This document shows positions 11,233-22,660 of a stretch of DNA of 64,000 nucleotides, piece by piece. The first letter of the stretch is position 1; each line of letters opens with the position of its first letter. The position numbers and the translations under genes were made by a program. Source of the stretch: an uncultured delta proteobacterium (GTDB taxonomy: Bacteria; Desulfobacterota; Binatia; UBA9968); assembly GCA_963745035.1 (NCBI GenBank), contig CAVUVW010000019.1:160001-224000 (forward strand), written 5' to 3'. The notes beneath the pieces were generated by a model that saw only the letters and a program-made list of their open reading frames with translations, made no database searches and had not been told where the DNA came from.

Positions 11233-11383
11233 GGTTCAAGCCGTTCAAAACGTTCAAGCAGTTCAAACCGTCAGATCGGAAGCTTGCCAAATTGTTCATG
11301 CCCCAGATGTTGTCATTTCGAACGAATGTGAGAAATCCTTCCGCAAGAGCTAGGAAGGATTTCTCCCTGCGGTCGAAATGACA
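11233..11383. repeat. GTTCAA repeats followed by a TGTCATTTCGA...TCGAAATGACA palindromic element
   Basis: Four GTTCAA units at 11233-11270; inverted ends at 11311-11383. Confidence 0.75.
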
Positions 11384-11555
11384 GGGGTGAGGCATAGGCG
11401 GCATCAAAATTACTAAAGCGTTAACGTGATCGATCGGGGGACTTCTCCGCGACGCCCACTACCGGTCAACCGTCGATTCCTTGCCGACCTACCGATCTGT
11501 CTGCTAATTCTGGCTCGACACAAATCTTGTTATTCAAAGGAGCGATTCTTCTTAC

Positions 11556-12518
11556 GTGAAACAGCGTTGGTTTGTCACCGCTATATTATTTGCCTGGTGT
11601 CTGTCTGAATGTTTTTCGGTTCAAGCTCAGGAAAAACTCGTTATCACTCACTCGAGCGAAAGCATCAGCATCACTCCGCTGATTTACGGCATCGAAAGAG
11701 GCTTTTACCGCAAAGAAGGGATTGATTTGCAATTCCGCGTGCTGCGCGGCGAGCTCGCCGTAAGCTCGATCGTCAGCGGGAAAGACGTCGATTACATGTA
11801 CGGCGCGGGCACGGCCTTTTTTGCGGCGGTGCGCGGCTTGCCGATGAAGGTTCTCTCACATGACTTCAAGAGTGTGTTTTTCTATCTGATGGGGAGCCCG
11901 CGGGTCCAGTCGGGCCAAGATCTGAGAGGCAAGAGAGTTGCGGTCGCATCGCTCGGTGGGACAGGAGCAGCGGCGACGAGGGCGTCCCTCAAGGCTATCG
12001 GGTTGGATTCCGAGAAAGACGTGACTTTGATCGTGATCGGCTCGGCGTCAGTGCGCATGGCAGCCATGGAGACGGGCTCGGTGGAGGCCGCCATCATGCC
12101 GGTTCCTTGGAACTTCCGCATGAAGCAAAAGGGCTTCAAGGAACTGATCTATGCCGGCAAAGTAATGTCGCAACCGTTGACCGGGCTCGCGACTTCCAAG
12201 GATAAAATGGAAAGACAGGCGGATCAGGCGCGGAGAATGCTGCGCGCCTTTCTTCGCTCGATGAAGGCGATGAAGGACGACCGGAGGGAAGTCACGGATT
12301 TCATCGCCAAAAAATTCAGCCTGGACGGGCCGACTGCCGAGGAGACGTATAAGATCATGATCCAGACCCTGACCGAGGACGGCACGATCAACGAGAACGA
12401 CTTGAACAGTCTTCTCGAGGAAACCAAGCAGGAGGCCGGCGTCAAAAGGGCGATCGCCGTAAAGGACATCGTGGACTACTCGCTGCTCCGCCGCGCGGCG
12501 AAAGAAATCGGCGGATGA
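11556..12518 (+). CDS. ABC substrate-binding protein (SsuA/THI5-like)
   Basis: RGFYRKEGIDL, DLRGKRVAV, VDYSLLRRA. Confidence 0.9.
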   Translation: MKQRWFVTAILFAWCLSECFSVQAQEKLVITHSSESISITPLIYGIERGFYRKEGIDLQFRVLRGELAVSSIVSGKDVDYMYGAGTAFFAAVRGLPMKVLSHDFKSVFFYLMGSPRVQSGQDLRGKRVAVASLGGTGAAATRASLKAIGLDSEKDVTLIVIGSASVRMAAMETGSVEAAIMPVPWNFRMKQKGFKELIYAGKVMSQPLTGLATSKDKMERQADQARRMLRAFLRSMKAMKDDRREVTDFIAKKFSLDGPTAEETYKIMIQTLTEDGTINENDLNSLLEETKQEAGVKRAIAVKDIVDYSLLRRAAKEIGG

Positions 12519-12549
12519 AATACCTCACGAGCAAAAGGAACAACACGCA

Positions 12550-13506
12550 ATGATCAAGCAGCTGATATTTTTCATCATTGCTCTTCTCGCCGCTGCTGTG
12601 CCGCTCGACGCCGCGGATAAAGTGCGGATGTCGATATCGTCCATCGATGTCTCCTTTCTCACCGCGGGCGTCGGCCAGAAGCGCGGTTTTTTTCGCGACG
12701 AAGGAATTGACATCGAGCTGATCCGTATGAACGCGAATATTTCCGTGACCGCTCTTAGCACGGGGGATGTCGACTATACGATGATCTTCGGTTCTGTAGT
12801 GCGCGGCGCGATGCGCGGCATGCCGATGAGAGTGCTGGCATGCTTCATGGACAGCTCCACGCACACCTTGATTGCCCGGCCCGAATACAAGTCGATTCGC
12901 GAGTTGAAGGGCAAAACCCTGGCCGTCAGCACCTACGGCAGCACATCGGATGTTGCGGCGAGAATGATGATGAAGCACGGGGGCGTCGATCCGGAGCGGG
13001 AGCTGAAGGTTATTCCGTTGGGCGCAGAGCGGGCGCGATTCGGCGCTTTGCGCGAGGGCATCGTGGACGTCGCTGTGTTGTCTCCGCCGGCGGACTCAGA
13101 AGCCGGCAAGTATGGGCTCAACGTGTTGTCCCGCTTCTACGAAATCTACAAGATGCCATTCACGGGCCTGGGCACCCATCACAAGAAGCTCAAGGAAAGA
13201 CCGGATGAGGTCAAGCGCATGCTCAAAGCGATGATCCGCACCAACCGCTTCATTCGGCAGAATCGCGAAGGCACGATCCAGACGATGGTCGAATGGATGA
13301 AAATCGACCGCGATGCGGCGGCGGCGACCTACGATTCGACCGCGCGCGTGTTCAGCGACGACGGCACGATCCCAGAAGCGGGGCTCAAGCTCGTGATCGA
13401 TCAGGGCAGAGAGGGGATGAAGATCGAGCGGCCCGTGGGGATTGCCGATGTCGCTGATGTCGCTTTGCTGCGCGAAGTCCAAAAAGAGCTGGCTACAAAG
13501 AAGTAA
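12550..13506 (+). CDS. ABC substrate-binding protein (SsuA/THI5-like)
   Basis: KRGFFRDEGIDIELI, ELKGKTLAV. Confidence 0.9.
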   Translation: MIKQLIFFIIALLAAAVPLDAADKVRMSISSIDVSFLTAGVGQKRGFFRDEGIDIELIRMNANISVTALSTGDVDYTMIFGSVVRGAMRGMPMRVLACFMDSSTHTLIARPEYKSIRELKGKTLAVSTYGSTSDVAARMMMKHGGVDPERELKVIPLGAERARFGALREGIVDVAVLSPPADSEAGKYGLNVLSRFYEIYKMPFTGLGTHHKKLKERPDEVKRMLKAMIRTNRFIRQNREGTIQTMVEWMKIDRDAAAATYDSTARVFSDDGTIPEAGLKLVIDQGREGMKIERPVGIADVADVALLREVQKELATKK

Positions 13507-13564
13507 TATTCCAGCGACCGGAACTGGTTTGGCGCTTGTAATGATCTCCAACAAGAGGACCTTC

Positions 13565-14592
13565 ATGGGAAGAATCAGATGGTGTTTGCTCATCGCCTCG
13601 ATATCTATCTCTCTCTGTACGTCCCTGTGGGCGCAGGACTCCTCTATAAGGGCAAGACGGTTACCTTTCTCGTCGGCGCGCCGCCGGGGGGCGGTTTCGA
13701 TACGATGACGCGCATCGTCGCGCGCCATATGGGACGCCATCTGCCCGGCAACCCGATCGTCGTCGTTCAGAACATGACCGGCGCCGGAACTTTGATCGCG
13801 GCAAATCATCTCTACAATCGCAGCAAACCGGACGGGCTGACCATCGGCGTGTGGGTCGGCAGCCTGACCTTGCAGAAATTCCTGGGCGGTACAGGCATGG
13901 ACTTCGATCCATTGCGCTTCGAATGGATCGGCGTGCCGGTACAGCAAACTTTTCTCTGCGCCTTCACCAAGGCAAGCGGCATCACGAGCATGGAAAGATG
14001 GTACGGCGCGAAGACGCCCGTCAAAATGGGCGGGCAGGTGCCGGGTACCCGGCCGGACGATATCTCATCCATTCTAAAATCGGCTTTAGGCCTTCCCATC
14101 CAGTTGGTACAGGGCTACAAGGGTACAGCGGAAATCACCATGGCGGCAGAAGCCGGAGAGTTGGCCGGCCAGTGCACGAGCTGGCAGGGTTTGAAAAGCA
14201 GCTGGCGCAGGCAATATGAAGCCGGCGATGTGGCTATTGTCGTGCAGACCAACCGAAAATCCATTCCCGAGCTTACCCACGTGCCGCTCGCGATCAACTA
14301 TGCCAAAAGCGAAGAAGCGAAGCGCCTGATCGATGTCGGCATCCATGATTTGAACGCGATCACCTTGGCGTATTCCGCGCCTCCGGGCACGCCGAAAGAT
14401 AAGGTGCAGATCTTGCGCAGAGCTTTGCAAGCGACCTTGCGCGACGGCGCTTTCTTGGCGGATGCCAAAGCCGCCCAGCAGGAAGTCGATCCGATGACCG
14501 GCGAGGATTTGGCGGCGACGGTTGCCGGTTTCAAGAACATTCCGGCGCCAGTCATGGCAAAGTTGGCGGAACTTCTGCTGCCGAAGAAGTGA
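13565..14592 (+). CDS. Bug/TctC tripartite tricarboxylate transporter substrate-binding protein, N-terminal frameshift
   Basis: VGAPPGGGFDTMTR, HLPGNP, NMTGAG, KPDGLTI, GYKGTAE, PPGTP. Confidence 0.88.
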
Positions 14593-14616
14593 CCGGCGCC
14601 ACAAGGAGAAACGAAC

Positions 14617-15734
14617 GTGAAGAACGGACTAAAGGCTTTCGACAGCGACATGCACGTCTACGATCCGGCATTTCTCTACGAAAAATACATGAATCCGAAG
14701 TGGGGCGATCGGATTCCGCGGGGGCAGCGAAACGGCAAGCACGGCCGGGTCGAATTCAAGCTTGGCGGCGGCAAGGAAACACTGCGTGCGATCACCGACG
14801 TTATCGATCACGGCCAGAAGCAGGTGGCCGATCGGTACGATTTCGCCGTAGCGCGGGATTATGACGCGGTCTCGCAGATCGAGGCGATGGACCGCGAAGG
14901 AGTTGATATGGCAGTGCTGTTTCGCACTTCGCCGCTGCACTGTGATGAAACGCTGGAAGCGGAATATGCCAACGATCTTTGCAAGGCTTGGAACGATTGG
15001 ATCACCGATTTTTGTCGGGAGAATCCACGGCGCCTGACGCGCTTCCGCGCTGATTACGTTACACGACGTCGATTTGGCCGTCGAGGAAGTGCGGCGCGCG
15101 GTGACAGAATTAAAAGTAACCGGCCTGTCGCTCTGCCCCGAGCCGATCAACGGCAAGCGTATTCATGACCGCTGTTTCGATCCGCTCTGGGCGGAGATCG
15201 AAAAGCTCGGCGTGGCGCTGTGCTTTCATCCGCCGGCGCGGCCCAAGCAGGATCAGGTCGCGAACAAATTTTTCGGCCATCCCAACGCCAACATCGTGGC
15301 GATGGCATTGCGCAACCCGGTGGAATTGATTCAAGCCGTGTCGAGCTTCTGCGCAGGCGGCGTGCTCGAGAAATTTCCCAAGTTGCGGGTCGCCTTCCTG
15401 GAAGGCAACTGCGCCTGGCTGCCTTGGCTGCTTTATCGGCTCGACGAGCGCGCCAAGCTCCACGGCCCGCTCGCCGATGTGCCGCTTTCGCGTCAACCGA
15501 GCGAATATTTTCTCCAGCAGTGCTTTCATTTCGCTCGACCCGGACGAATACCTGGTGACGGATGTCGTGAAGCGGCTGGGCGATGACAACCTGGTGGTGT
15601 CGACCGATTATCCTCATATCGACGCGCATTTTCCGCACGCGGTGGATGAATTCTTCGAGATCGACGGTCTGAGCGACGCGACCCGGAGAAAGATTCTATG
15701 GGACAACTGCGCGCGGCTGTATAACGTCAATTAG
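14617..15734 (+). CDS. Amidohydrolase 2 family protein, frameshifts near 15040 and 15525
   Basis: FDSDMHV, AMDREGVD, FHP, FPKLRVAFLEG, STDYPHID, ILWDNCARLY. Confidence 0.88.
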
Positions 15735-15738
15735 ATTT

Positions 15739-15810
15739 GTTCAAAAGTTCAACCGTTCAAGGTTCAACGTTCGGCTTCGATCCTTGACCTTGAACTTGGA
15801 ACCTTGAACG
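15739..15810. repeat. GTTCAA/TTGAAC tandem-inverted repeat element
   Basis: GTTCAA x4 then CTTGAC/CTTGAAC units. Confidence 0.7.
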
Positions 15811-15823
15811 AAAGGAATAACCA

Positions 15824-16816
15824 ATGGCACGGAAAGTAGTCTGCATCGTCGTTATGCTGATGGTCTTTGCATGGGGAGCAAGATTGGTTTGCGCCGCGGA
15901 GCCGATGTCCAAGGCTTTGTTTGCTTACGGCGCGATTAACGCCTACATGACGTCAACATGGATCGCCAAGGAGCAGGGTTTTTTCCGCAAGCATAACGTC
16001 GAGGTGCAGCCGGTTTTCATAATCGCCACACAGGCAGCGCAGGCGATGCTCGCCGGAGAAGTGCAGGTTGGGCTGATCGGTCCAACCCACATCGTGAACG
16101 CGGTGGCGGCAGGCGGCGACATGGTGATGATCATGGGGAACCAAAACAAGGTGCGATATCAGCTCGTCGCCCACCCAAGCATCAAGCGGGCGGAGGACTT
16201 GAAGGGTAAGAAGGTCGGCATCGGCGCCAGCATGGCGGGACTGGCGACTTTGGCGGCGATCATGTCGTTGGAGCATCTGGGTCTCAATTCGCGGCGGGAT
16301 AATATCACGCTATTGCCAACCGGTCCGGAGCCGGCGCGCTTGGCAGCGGTAAAAGCCGGCACTACCCAGGCTACGGTGATTGCTCCGGAAATATCCCACG
16401 CCGCGATCGCGGAAGGATTTCCGGTGCTGGTGGACATGGCAAAACTCAACATTCCCTTTCAGGCGAGCGGCTTGGCGGTGTTGCGCAAGACATTACGCAG
16501 CGAGCAGGTCATGCTCGACCGGATTGGCCGGGCCACCGTCGATGCGATCCGTTTTATCGCCGCGCCTTCCAACAAGAACGTCGTCGTGCAATCGGTTATG
16601 AAGAATCTCAAGATCTCTGACCAGGGAAAGGCTGAAACCGTTTACGCCGATCTGGTGGAAGACCTGCCGCGCAGCATTTGCCCCACCGTGCCGGGCGTGC
16701 GCTCGATCATGAAGCTGATGACCGAATTCAACATCAACCCCAAGGCTTCACAGGTCAAAGTCGAAGACGTCGTTGATCTGACGCTCTGCAAGCGTTGGGG
16801 CGGCGAAGCGAGTTAA
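15824..16816 (+). CDS. ABC substrate-binding protein (SsuA/THI5-like)
   Basis: WIAKEQGFFRKHNVEV, DLKGKKVGI. Confidence 0.9.
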   Translation: MARKVVCIVVMLMVFAWGARLVCAAEPMSKALFAYGAINAYMTSTWIAKEQGFFRKHNVEVQPVFIIATQAAQAMLAGEVQVGLIGPTHIVNAVAAGGDMVMIMGNQNKVRYQLVAHPSIKRAEDLKGKKVGIGASMAGLATLAAIMSLEHLGLNSRRDNITLLPTGPEPARLAAVKAGTTQATVIAPEISHAAIAEGFPVLVDMAKLNIPFQASGLAVLRKTLRSEQVMLDRIGRATVDAIRFIAAPSNKNVVVQSVMKNLKISDQGKAETVYADLVEDLPRSICPTVPGVRSIMKLMTEFNINPKASQVKVEDVVDLTLCKRWGGEAS

Positions 16817-16823
16817 TCTCAGC

Positions 16824-16938
16824 AAATTCGAAGCACGAAATCCGAATCTCGAAACAATACCAGAACAACGAAAAACAAGTCGACAAGCTATTGAACTGAG
16901 GATTTGTTTCGGATTTCGCGATTCGAATTTCGGATTTT
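16824..16938. repeat. Heptameric CGAAATC/GATTTCG inverted repeat element
   Basis: AAATTCGAAGCACGAAATCCGAATCTCGAAACAA ... TTTGTTTCGGATTTCGCGATTCGAATTTCGGATTTT. Confidence 0.7.
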
Positions 16939-16956
16939 TATTATACGAGAAAGTCC

Positions 16957-18208
16957 ATGCTCATATCCGAAGAAGATCTCAAGCAGATGCATGCGCGTTT
17001 TCCGTACCCGCGGTTTTCCCAAGCCGAGTACGAGCGGCGCTACAATAACATCCACAAGATGATGCGCGAGTCTGAATCTCGACTGCCTGCTGATTATCGG
17101 CGGATCGGCGGCGTACGGGCGACTATGGTTCAATTTTCGCTATGTGACTAACATGATGGGCAAGGCGGAGATGGCGAACTACTGTTTTTTTCCGAAGGAG
17201 GGAGATCCGGCAGTGGTCACGCGGCCGGGTCACTCACTTGCAGGCGCGATGTTGGCACGCACGGCCGTGCGCAACGTGATCGTCGGCAAGCCGAGCGTGA
17301 TCGGCGCCATCGTCAACGAAATCAAAGAACGTGGTTATGAGAAGGGGCGGGTCGGTATCGTGGAGTACGATCCTTACACCTCCATCCCGAAGAATCATTG
17401 GGATTTCTTCACGACCAATTTGCCGCAGGCGGAGTTCATCTTCGTGACGAAGGAATTCATCGCCATGCGTCTTTTGAAGAGCGCCGAGGAGATTCAAGCG
17501 CTCGAGCGCTCCGCCGAGTTGGGCGACGTCGGCCTGCGCAGTATGCAGGATCGGGTAAAGCCCGGCATGACCGAAGGCGAGGTTTTCGGCATCGTCCATG
17601 AAGCGGTCTTAAAAGCGGGCGGCGAGATGGGCATGATCCAGATCGGCTCCTGCTCGATGCTCGATCCCGATATCAACGACCAGCGGCCCCGGCCGGTGGA
17701 ACGAGTGATCGGCGAGCGCGATATCATCAACAACGAGCTGGGAATTTTTTACAACGGCTACGAAGCGCAGTGCGGCCGGCCGGTCGTCACCGGCGAGCCG
17801 ACACCGGAATACGAAAAGATGTTCGAAATCGCGCAAGAAGGTTACGAGCGGCTGGTGCCGACTCTGTATGCCGGCAAAAGCAGCGAGAATTCCATCGCCG
17901 CAATGGAGTTCATCCGCGGCACCGATTATGAATTCTACGGTGGCTTTCTGCAGGGCATGCTCGGCGCCAACCCACGCCACGAGCCGCAGATCGGCTTCGA
18001 CCGCGTGCAGAGCGCGGAAGACCGTTATTTGTTCGGCGCCGACGGTAGGCTGGTTTACGAAGTCGGGCATGTGTTCGCTCTACAGATGCATATTGTGGAC
18101 AAATCTCACACCCGCGGCCTTTTTCTCGCCGATTTCTTCGCCATCGAAGAGAACGGCCCGCGCTGTCTCAATAAGTTTCCTTGCGAGATGATCCGAACGC
18201 GAAACTGA
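16957..18208 (+). CDS. M24 (Xaa-Pro peptidase/creatinase fold) protein, frameshift near 17072, non-canonical metal site
   Basis: PRFSQAEYERR, RLLKSAEEI, VKPGMTEGE, YNGYEAQCGRP. Confidence 0.8.
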
Positions 18209-18260
18209 GACCGTGCCGCTGTCAGTCCTGCACCCTCTTGTCGAAAGCGCGACCCGTATC

Positions 18261-18385
18261 CGTCATTCCGGCGGAAGCCGGAATCCAGGCCGTTTTAGAG
18301 TGCGATCTGCATGCAGCCGTGATGCGCATCCGGGTTGAAGCAAGAATCACGGATGGATTCCCGCTAAAAACATGCGGGGATGACG
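18261..18385. repeat. REP-like GTCATTCC palindromic element
   Basis: CGTCATTCCGGCGGAAGCCGGAATCCAG ... TGGATTCCCGC...GCGGGGATGACG. Confidence 0.78.
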
Positions 18386-18492
18386 GAGGAGGAGCCAAAA
18401 TTGAGTTTTGCGGCTCGTATCTGAGAACGTTAATTGACTGAACTCTGATCGCGTGATACGCGAATTACCCGGATCATCGGAGGCTCCAATAC

Positions 18493-19464
18493 ATGCGCGT
18501 TATGCTTGTTCGCATTCTCGTCATCGTCGCGATTGTTTGTTCCGTAATCATTAGTAAACCAGGCAATCTAGCCGCCCAGCAGATCAAATTCGTCCTGCCC
18601 GGCAATTCCATGGGCTACTTGCCGCTGTTTGTCGCGGTGCATCGGGGATTTTTCAAAGACGAAGGGCTCGATATCGAGCTGCCGCGGTTATCGCCATCGA
18701 TCGCGCATAACGCGCTGTTGGCGGGCGAGGCTCATTATCATGGTTTGGCAGATTCAGGCTTGCGGCTGGCCGCGCGCGGACTTCCGCTGAAGGCGATTTT
18801 CTACGGCGCCGACAAGCCGATGTATTATTTGGTCGCGCAGAAAGAGATACGCTCGGTCGGCGAGCTGCGCGGCAAGCGCATCGGCGTCAGCCAATTCGGC
18901 GGCACGTCCGATCTTTCGGCCCGGTTGGCGCTCCGGCACTACGGTATCGAGCCCGAGAAGGACGCGATACTCATTCAAATCGGCGCCGAGGGTGTGCGCA
19001 TGGCGGCGCTTCGCGCGGGATCGGTGAGCGCGATCATCGTGCCGGTGCCCGCCGTGGCCGTGCTCAAGCGCGACGGTTTCAACGAAGTGTCTTTTGTCGG
19101 CGACGTCGTCGAGTTTGCAAGCAACGGCTACACGACGACCGAGCAGCGCATCAAGGACAATCCGCAGGAAGTGAAAAAAGTCGTACGCTCCCTTTATCGC
19201 GGCCTGCGCTACGCCAAGGAAAATTCCGAAGGTACAATCTCTGTCATCCAGCGCGAGTGGAAGGTCGATCCGGAAATCGCCAAGGAATCCTACCGCGCTA
19301 TCGTCAAAGCGCTCAACGAAGACGGCATCATAGGCGAGAAACAGCTGAAGATTCACTTCGATCTGATCCGCAAGGTTGAGAAGAACCTCGGGGAAATTCC
19401 CATCGACAAGGTTGTCGATTTCCGTCTGCTCAGGGAGGTGCGCAAGGAAAGCGCAGGTAAATAA
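18493..19464 (+). CDS. ABC substrate-binding protein (SsuA/THI5-like)
   Basis: HRGFFKDEGLDIE, ELRGKRIGVSQFGG, VDFRLLREV. Confidence 0.9.
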   Translation: MRVMLVRILVIVAIVCSVIISKPGNLAAQQIKFVLPGNSMGYLPLFVAVHRGFFKDEGLDIELPRLSPSIAHNALLAGEAHYHGLADSGLRLAARGLPLKAIFYGADKPMYYLVAQKEIRSVGELRGKRIGVSQFGGTSDLSARLALRHYGIEPEKDAILIQIGAEGVRMAALRAGSVSAIIVPVPAVAVLKRDGFNEVSFVGDVVEFASNGYTTTEQRIKDNPQEVKKVVRSLYRGLRYAKENSEGTISVIQREWKVDPEIAKESYRAIVKALNEDGIIGEKQLKIHFDLIRKVEKNLGEIPIDKVVDFRLLREVRKESAGK

Positions 19465-19494
19465 CCCACACGGGAAATCGTTTCCGGAGTTTCG

Positions 19495-19581
19495 GAAACG
19501 TTTTGAACGGAGGCGTCCGCGCCGGTTGAACGGAGCGATGCCTGAGCGCAGCGAAGGAAAGCGGTTGAACGTTTTGAACGG
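19495..19581. repeat. TTGAACGG repeat element
   Basis: Four TTGAAC units; the segment TTGAACGGAGGC..GTCCGC..GCCGGTTGAACGG recurs at about 33874-33906. Confidence 0.7.
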
Positions 19582-19620
19582 ATGTTTAATAAAGACCGTA
19601 TCCAGGACGGAGGGCACGCC

Positions 19621-21538
19621 ATGAACGATACCTATGACGCCGTCTATGCGCGCTGGCTGAATAATCCGCAAAATTTTTGGGCCGAGGCCGCTGAAGCGGT
19701 ACATTGGGAAAAAAAATGGGACAGGGTCCTCGACGACTCGCGGCCGCCGTTCTATCGCTGGTTCCCTGGCGGTTTGGTCAATACTTGCTACAACGCCCTC
19801 GATCGCCACGTCGAAAGCGGCCGGGCCGAATCAGCCGGCGCTCATTTACGATAGCCCCGTGACTGGAATCGTCGAGACGTTCACCTATCGCGAGTTGCTC
19901 GATCGAGTGGCGCGATTTGCCGGGGTGCTCGCCGGACAAGGAGTTCAGAAAGGCGATCGGATCATCATTTACATGCCGATGGTGCCGGAGACGGTCATTG
20001 CGATGCTGGCCTGTGCTCGCGTCGGCGCGATTCACTCGGTGGTCTTCGGCGGCTTTGCCGCCCATGAGCTCGCCAACCGCATCAGTGATGCCCAACCGAA
20101 GGTAATCGTTTCGGCTTCCTGCGGCATCGAATTCGGCCGCGTCATTCCCTACAAGCCTCTGCTCGACAAAGCGATCGAGCTCGCTTCGGTGAAGCCCGAA
20201 CGGTGCATTATCGTCCAGCGCCCGCAGGAAAAAGCGTCCATGATCGCCGGACGCGATCTCGATTGGTCCGAGAAGATGGCGGTTGCGAAGCCAATCGACT
20301 GTGTTCCCGTGGCGGCAACGGATCCCCTCTACATTCTCTACACCTCGGGCACCACCGGCATGCCGAAAGGGATCGTGCGCGACAATGGCGGACATCTGGT
20401 GGCGCTCAAATGGAGCATGGAACATATCTATGGAATGGCGCCGGGTGAAGTCTATTGGACAGCGTCGGACGTGGGATGGGTGGTCGGCCACTCTTACATA
20501 GTTTATGCGCCTCTGTTCAACGGCAATACCACCGTGCTTTATGAGGGCAAACCGGTTGGCACTCCCGACGCGGGCGCGTTCTGGCGCGTCGTCTCGCAAC
20601 ACGGAGTGAAGGTCTTATTTACTGCGCCGACGGCATTTCGCGCGATCAAGCGCGAAGACCCGAACGGCGAATTTATGCGCAAATACAATCTGAGCGGCTT
20701 CCGTACGCTCTTTCTCGCCGGCGAGCGCTGCGATCCGGCCACGCTCTTGTGGGCCGAAAAGCAGCTCGGTGTGCCGGTCATCGATCACTGGTGGCAGACC
20801 GAAACGGGCTGGCCGATCGGCGCCAATTGCGTCGGGTTGGGAATGCTTCCGGTTAAACCGGGTTCGTGCACAAAGTCGGTGCCGGGTTACGACGTCCGCG
20901 TGCTCGGAGATGATGGCAAAGAACTACCATCCGGTCAGATCGGCAATATTGTAATCCAGCTTCCACTGCCGCCCGGTTGTCTGCCGACGCTCTGGAACAA
21001 CGATGAAGGCTACCGGAAGTCGTATCTCGCCGGCTTTTCCGGCTACTACCTCACCGCCGATGCTGGTTACAAGGACGAAGATGGATACCTTTGGGTAATG
21101 ACGCGCACGGACGACATCATCAACGTTGCCGGGCATCGCCTGTCTACGGGAGCGCTGGAAGAGGTGCTGGCTGCTCATCCCGACGTGGCCGAATGCGCGG
21201 TGTTGGGAGTCGCAGACGAGATCAAGGGAGAAATTCCGTTGGGCCTGGTCGTCCTCAAGGCCGGTGTTAGGCGTTCCTCTGGCGAGATCGTCACCGAGTT
21301 GGTTCACATGGTGCGCGAAAGGATCGGTCCGGTGGCTTCTTTTAGGGTCGCGACCGTCGTCAAACGGCTGCCCAAGACGCGCTCGGGCAAGATCCTGCGC
21401 GGCACCGTCAAGAAGATTGCAGACGGTGTCGAATACCAAGTCCCGCCGACCATCGACGATCCGGTAATCCTCGACGAAATCACCGCGGATTTGGCCGAGT
21501 TGGGTTATCCGGCACGTTCGGCAAACAGCTCGGCCTGA
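19621..21538 (+). CDS. prpE: Propionyl-CoA synthetase, frameshift near 19830
   Basis: NTCYNALDRHV, HSVVFGGFA, YILYTSGTTGMPKGIVRDNGGH, DHWWQTETG, LPKTRSGKILR. Confidence 0.88.
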
Positions 21539-21648
21539 CGGCTTCGCCCGCTTGAAGATGTGGCAAACGTGGTGCGTCGCGTGGACCAAGCCAGGCACTG
21601 GTCCGCGGGCGAGCGCAAAGCATTCCGGGGTTGATTGCACGGTGCTCG

Positions 21649-22521
21649 ATGATCGACGCTAAGATGATGCTCAATGACGACCGAGGAATTCCGCGGCTTG
21701 GCCTGGGGGTCTGGCAGATTCCGAATGGCCGGAAATGCGAAGCGGCGGTGCGGGCGGCTCTGGAGACAGGTTATCGGCATATTGATACCGCCTCGTTGTA
21801 CGGCAACGAGGAAAGCGTGGGAGCCGCGATCAGGGCGAGCGGTATTCCGCGCAAAGATATTTTTGTAACCACCAAGTTGTGGAATAGCGAGCATGCCAAC
21901 CCCGAGCGCGCGCTTGCAGAGAGCTTGCGCAGGCTCAAATTTGACTATGTCGATCTTTATTTGATCCATTATCCGGTGCGGGAACGACGGCAGAGCTGGC
22001 GCGTTCTCGAAAAATTGCAACAGCAAGGCAAGACGCTCTCCATCGGGGTCAGCAACTTCACCGTACGGCATTTGACAGAGCTGCTTGCCGGAACGCAGAT
22101 CGTGCCCGCGGTCAATCAAGTCGAGTTTCATCCCTACTTGTATCAGCGGGAGCTGTTGGATTTCTGCGCCGCGCGCCGAATCGCCGTCGAGGCGTATTGC
22201 CCGCTGACGCAAGGACGGCGCCTGAAAGATCCGAAGCTCACCGCCGTGGCCGCCAAATATCCGACCGCTTCCGCCGGCTCGTCGAAGCTGCCGTTGATTT
22301 CGCGCATTGCCGGCCAACAGGCAACGAAGTCGGCGGCCCAAATTTTAATCCGTTGGGCGCTCCAGCATGATCTGGTCGTGATTCCCAAATCTGCCAACCC
22401 TTCCCGTATCCGCGAAAACGCCGACGTGTTCGACTTTGAAATCACCGATGAGGACATGCGAACACTGGACGGCTTCCACGAAAGTCTGCGCACCAGTTGG
22501 GATCCGACGAACGCGCCGTAA
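21649..22521 (+). CDS. Aldo/keto reductase
   Basis: GYRHIDTASLYGNE, FVTTKLWN, DLYLIHYP, IGVSNF, VIPKS. Confidence 0.93.
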   Translation: MIDAKMMLNDDRGIPRLGLGVWQIPNGRKCEAAVRAALETGYRHIDTASLYGNEESVGAAIRASGIPRKDIFVTTKLWNSEHANPERALAESLRRLKFDYVDLYLIHYPVRERRQSWRVLEKLQQQGKTLSIGVSNFTVRHLTELLAGTQIVPAVNQVEFHPYLYQRELLDFCAARRIAVEAYCPLTQGRRLKDPKLTAVAAKYPTASAGSSKLPLISRIAGQQATKSAAQILIRWALQHDLVVIPKSANPSRIRENADVFDFEITDEDMRTLDGFHESLRTSWDPTNAP

Positions 22522-22660
22522 ACCCGCGAATTGTTCCGGGCCAACTTCTTTGAAGGTATCAGCATGGTGGGCGCCGGACCGCCTGAGAAAGCGCGTTCGC
22601 GCGCATTTCGAAACCAAAGCCGCTATACTCGCAGCCAATCCGTCAGATCTCTCCAACCTC

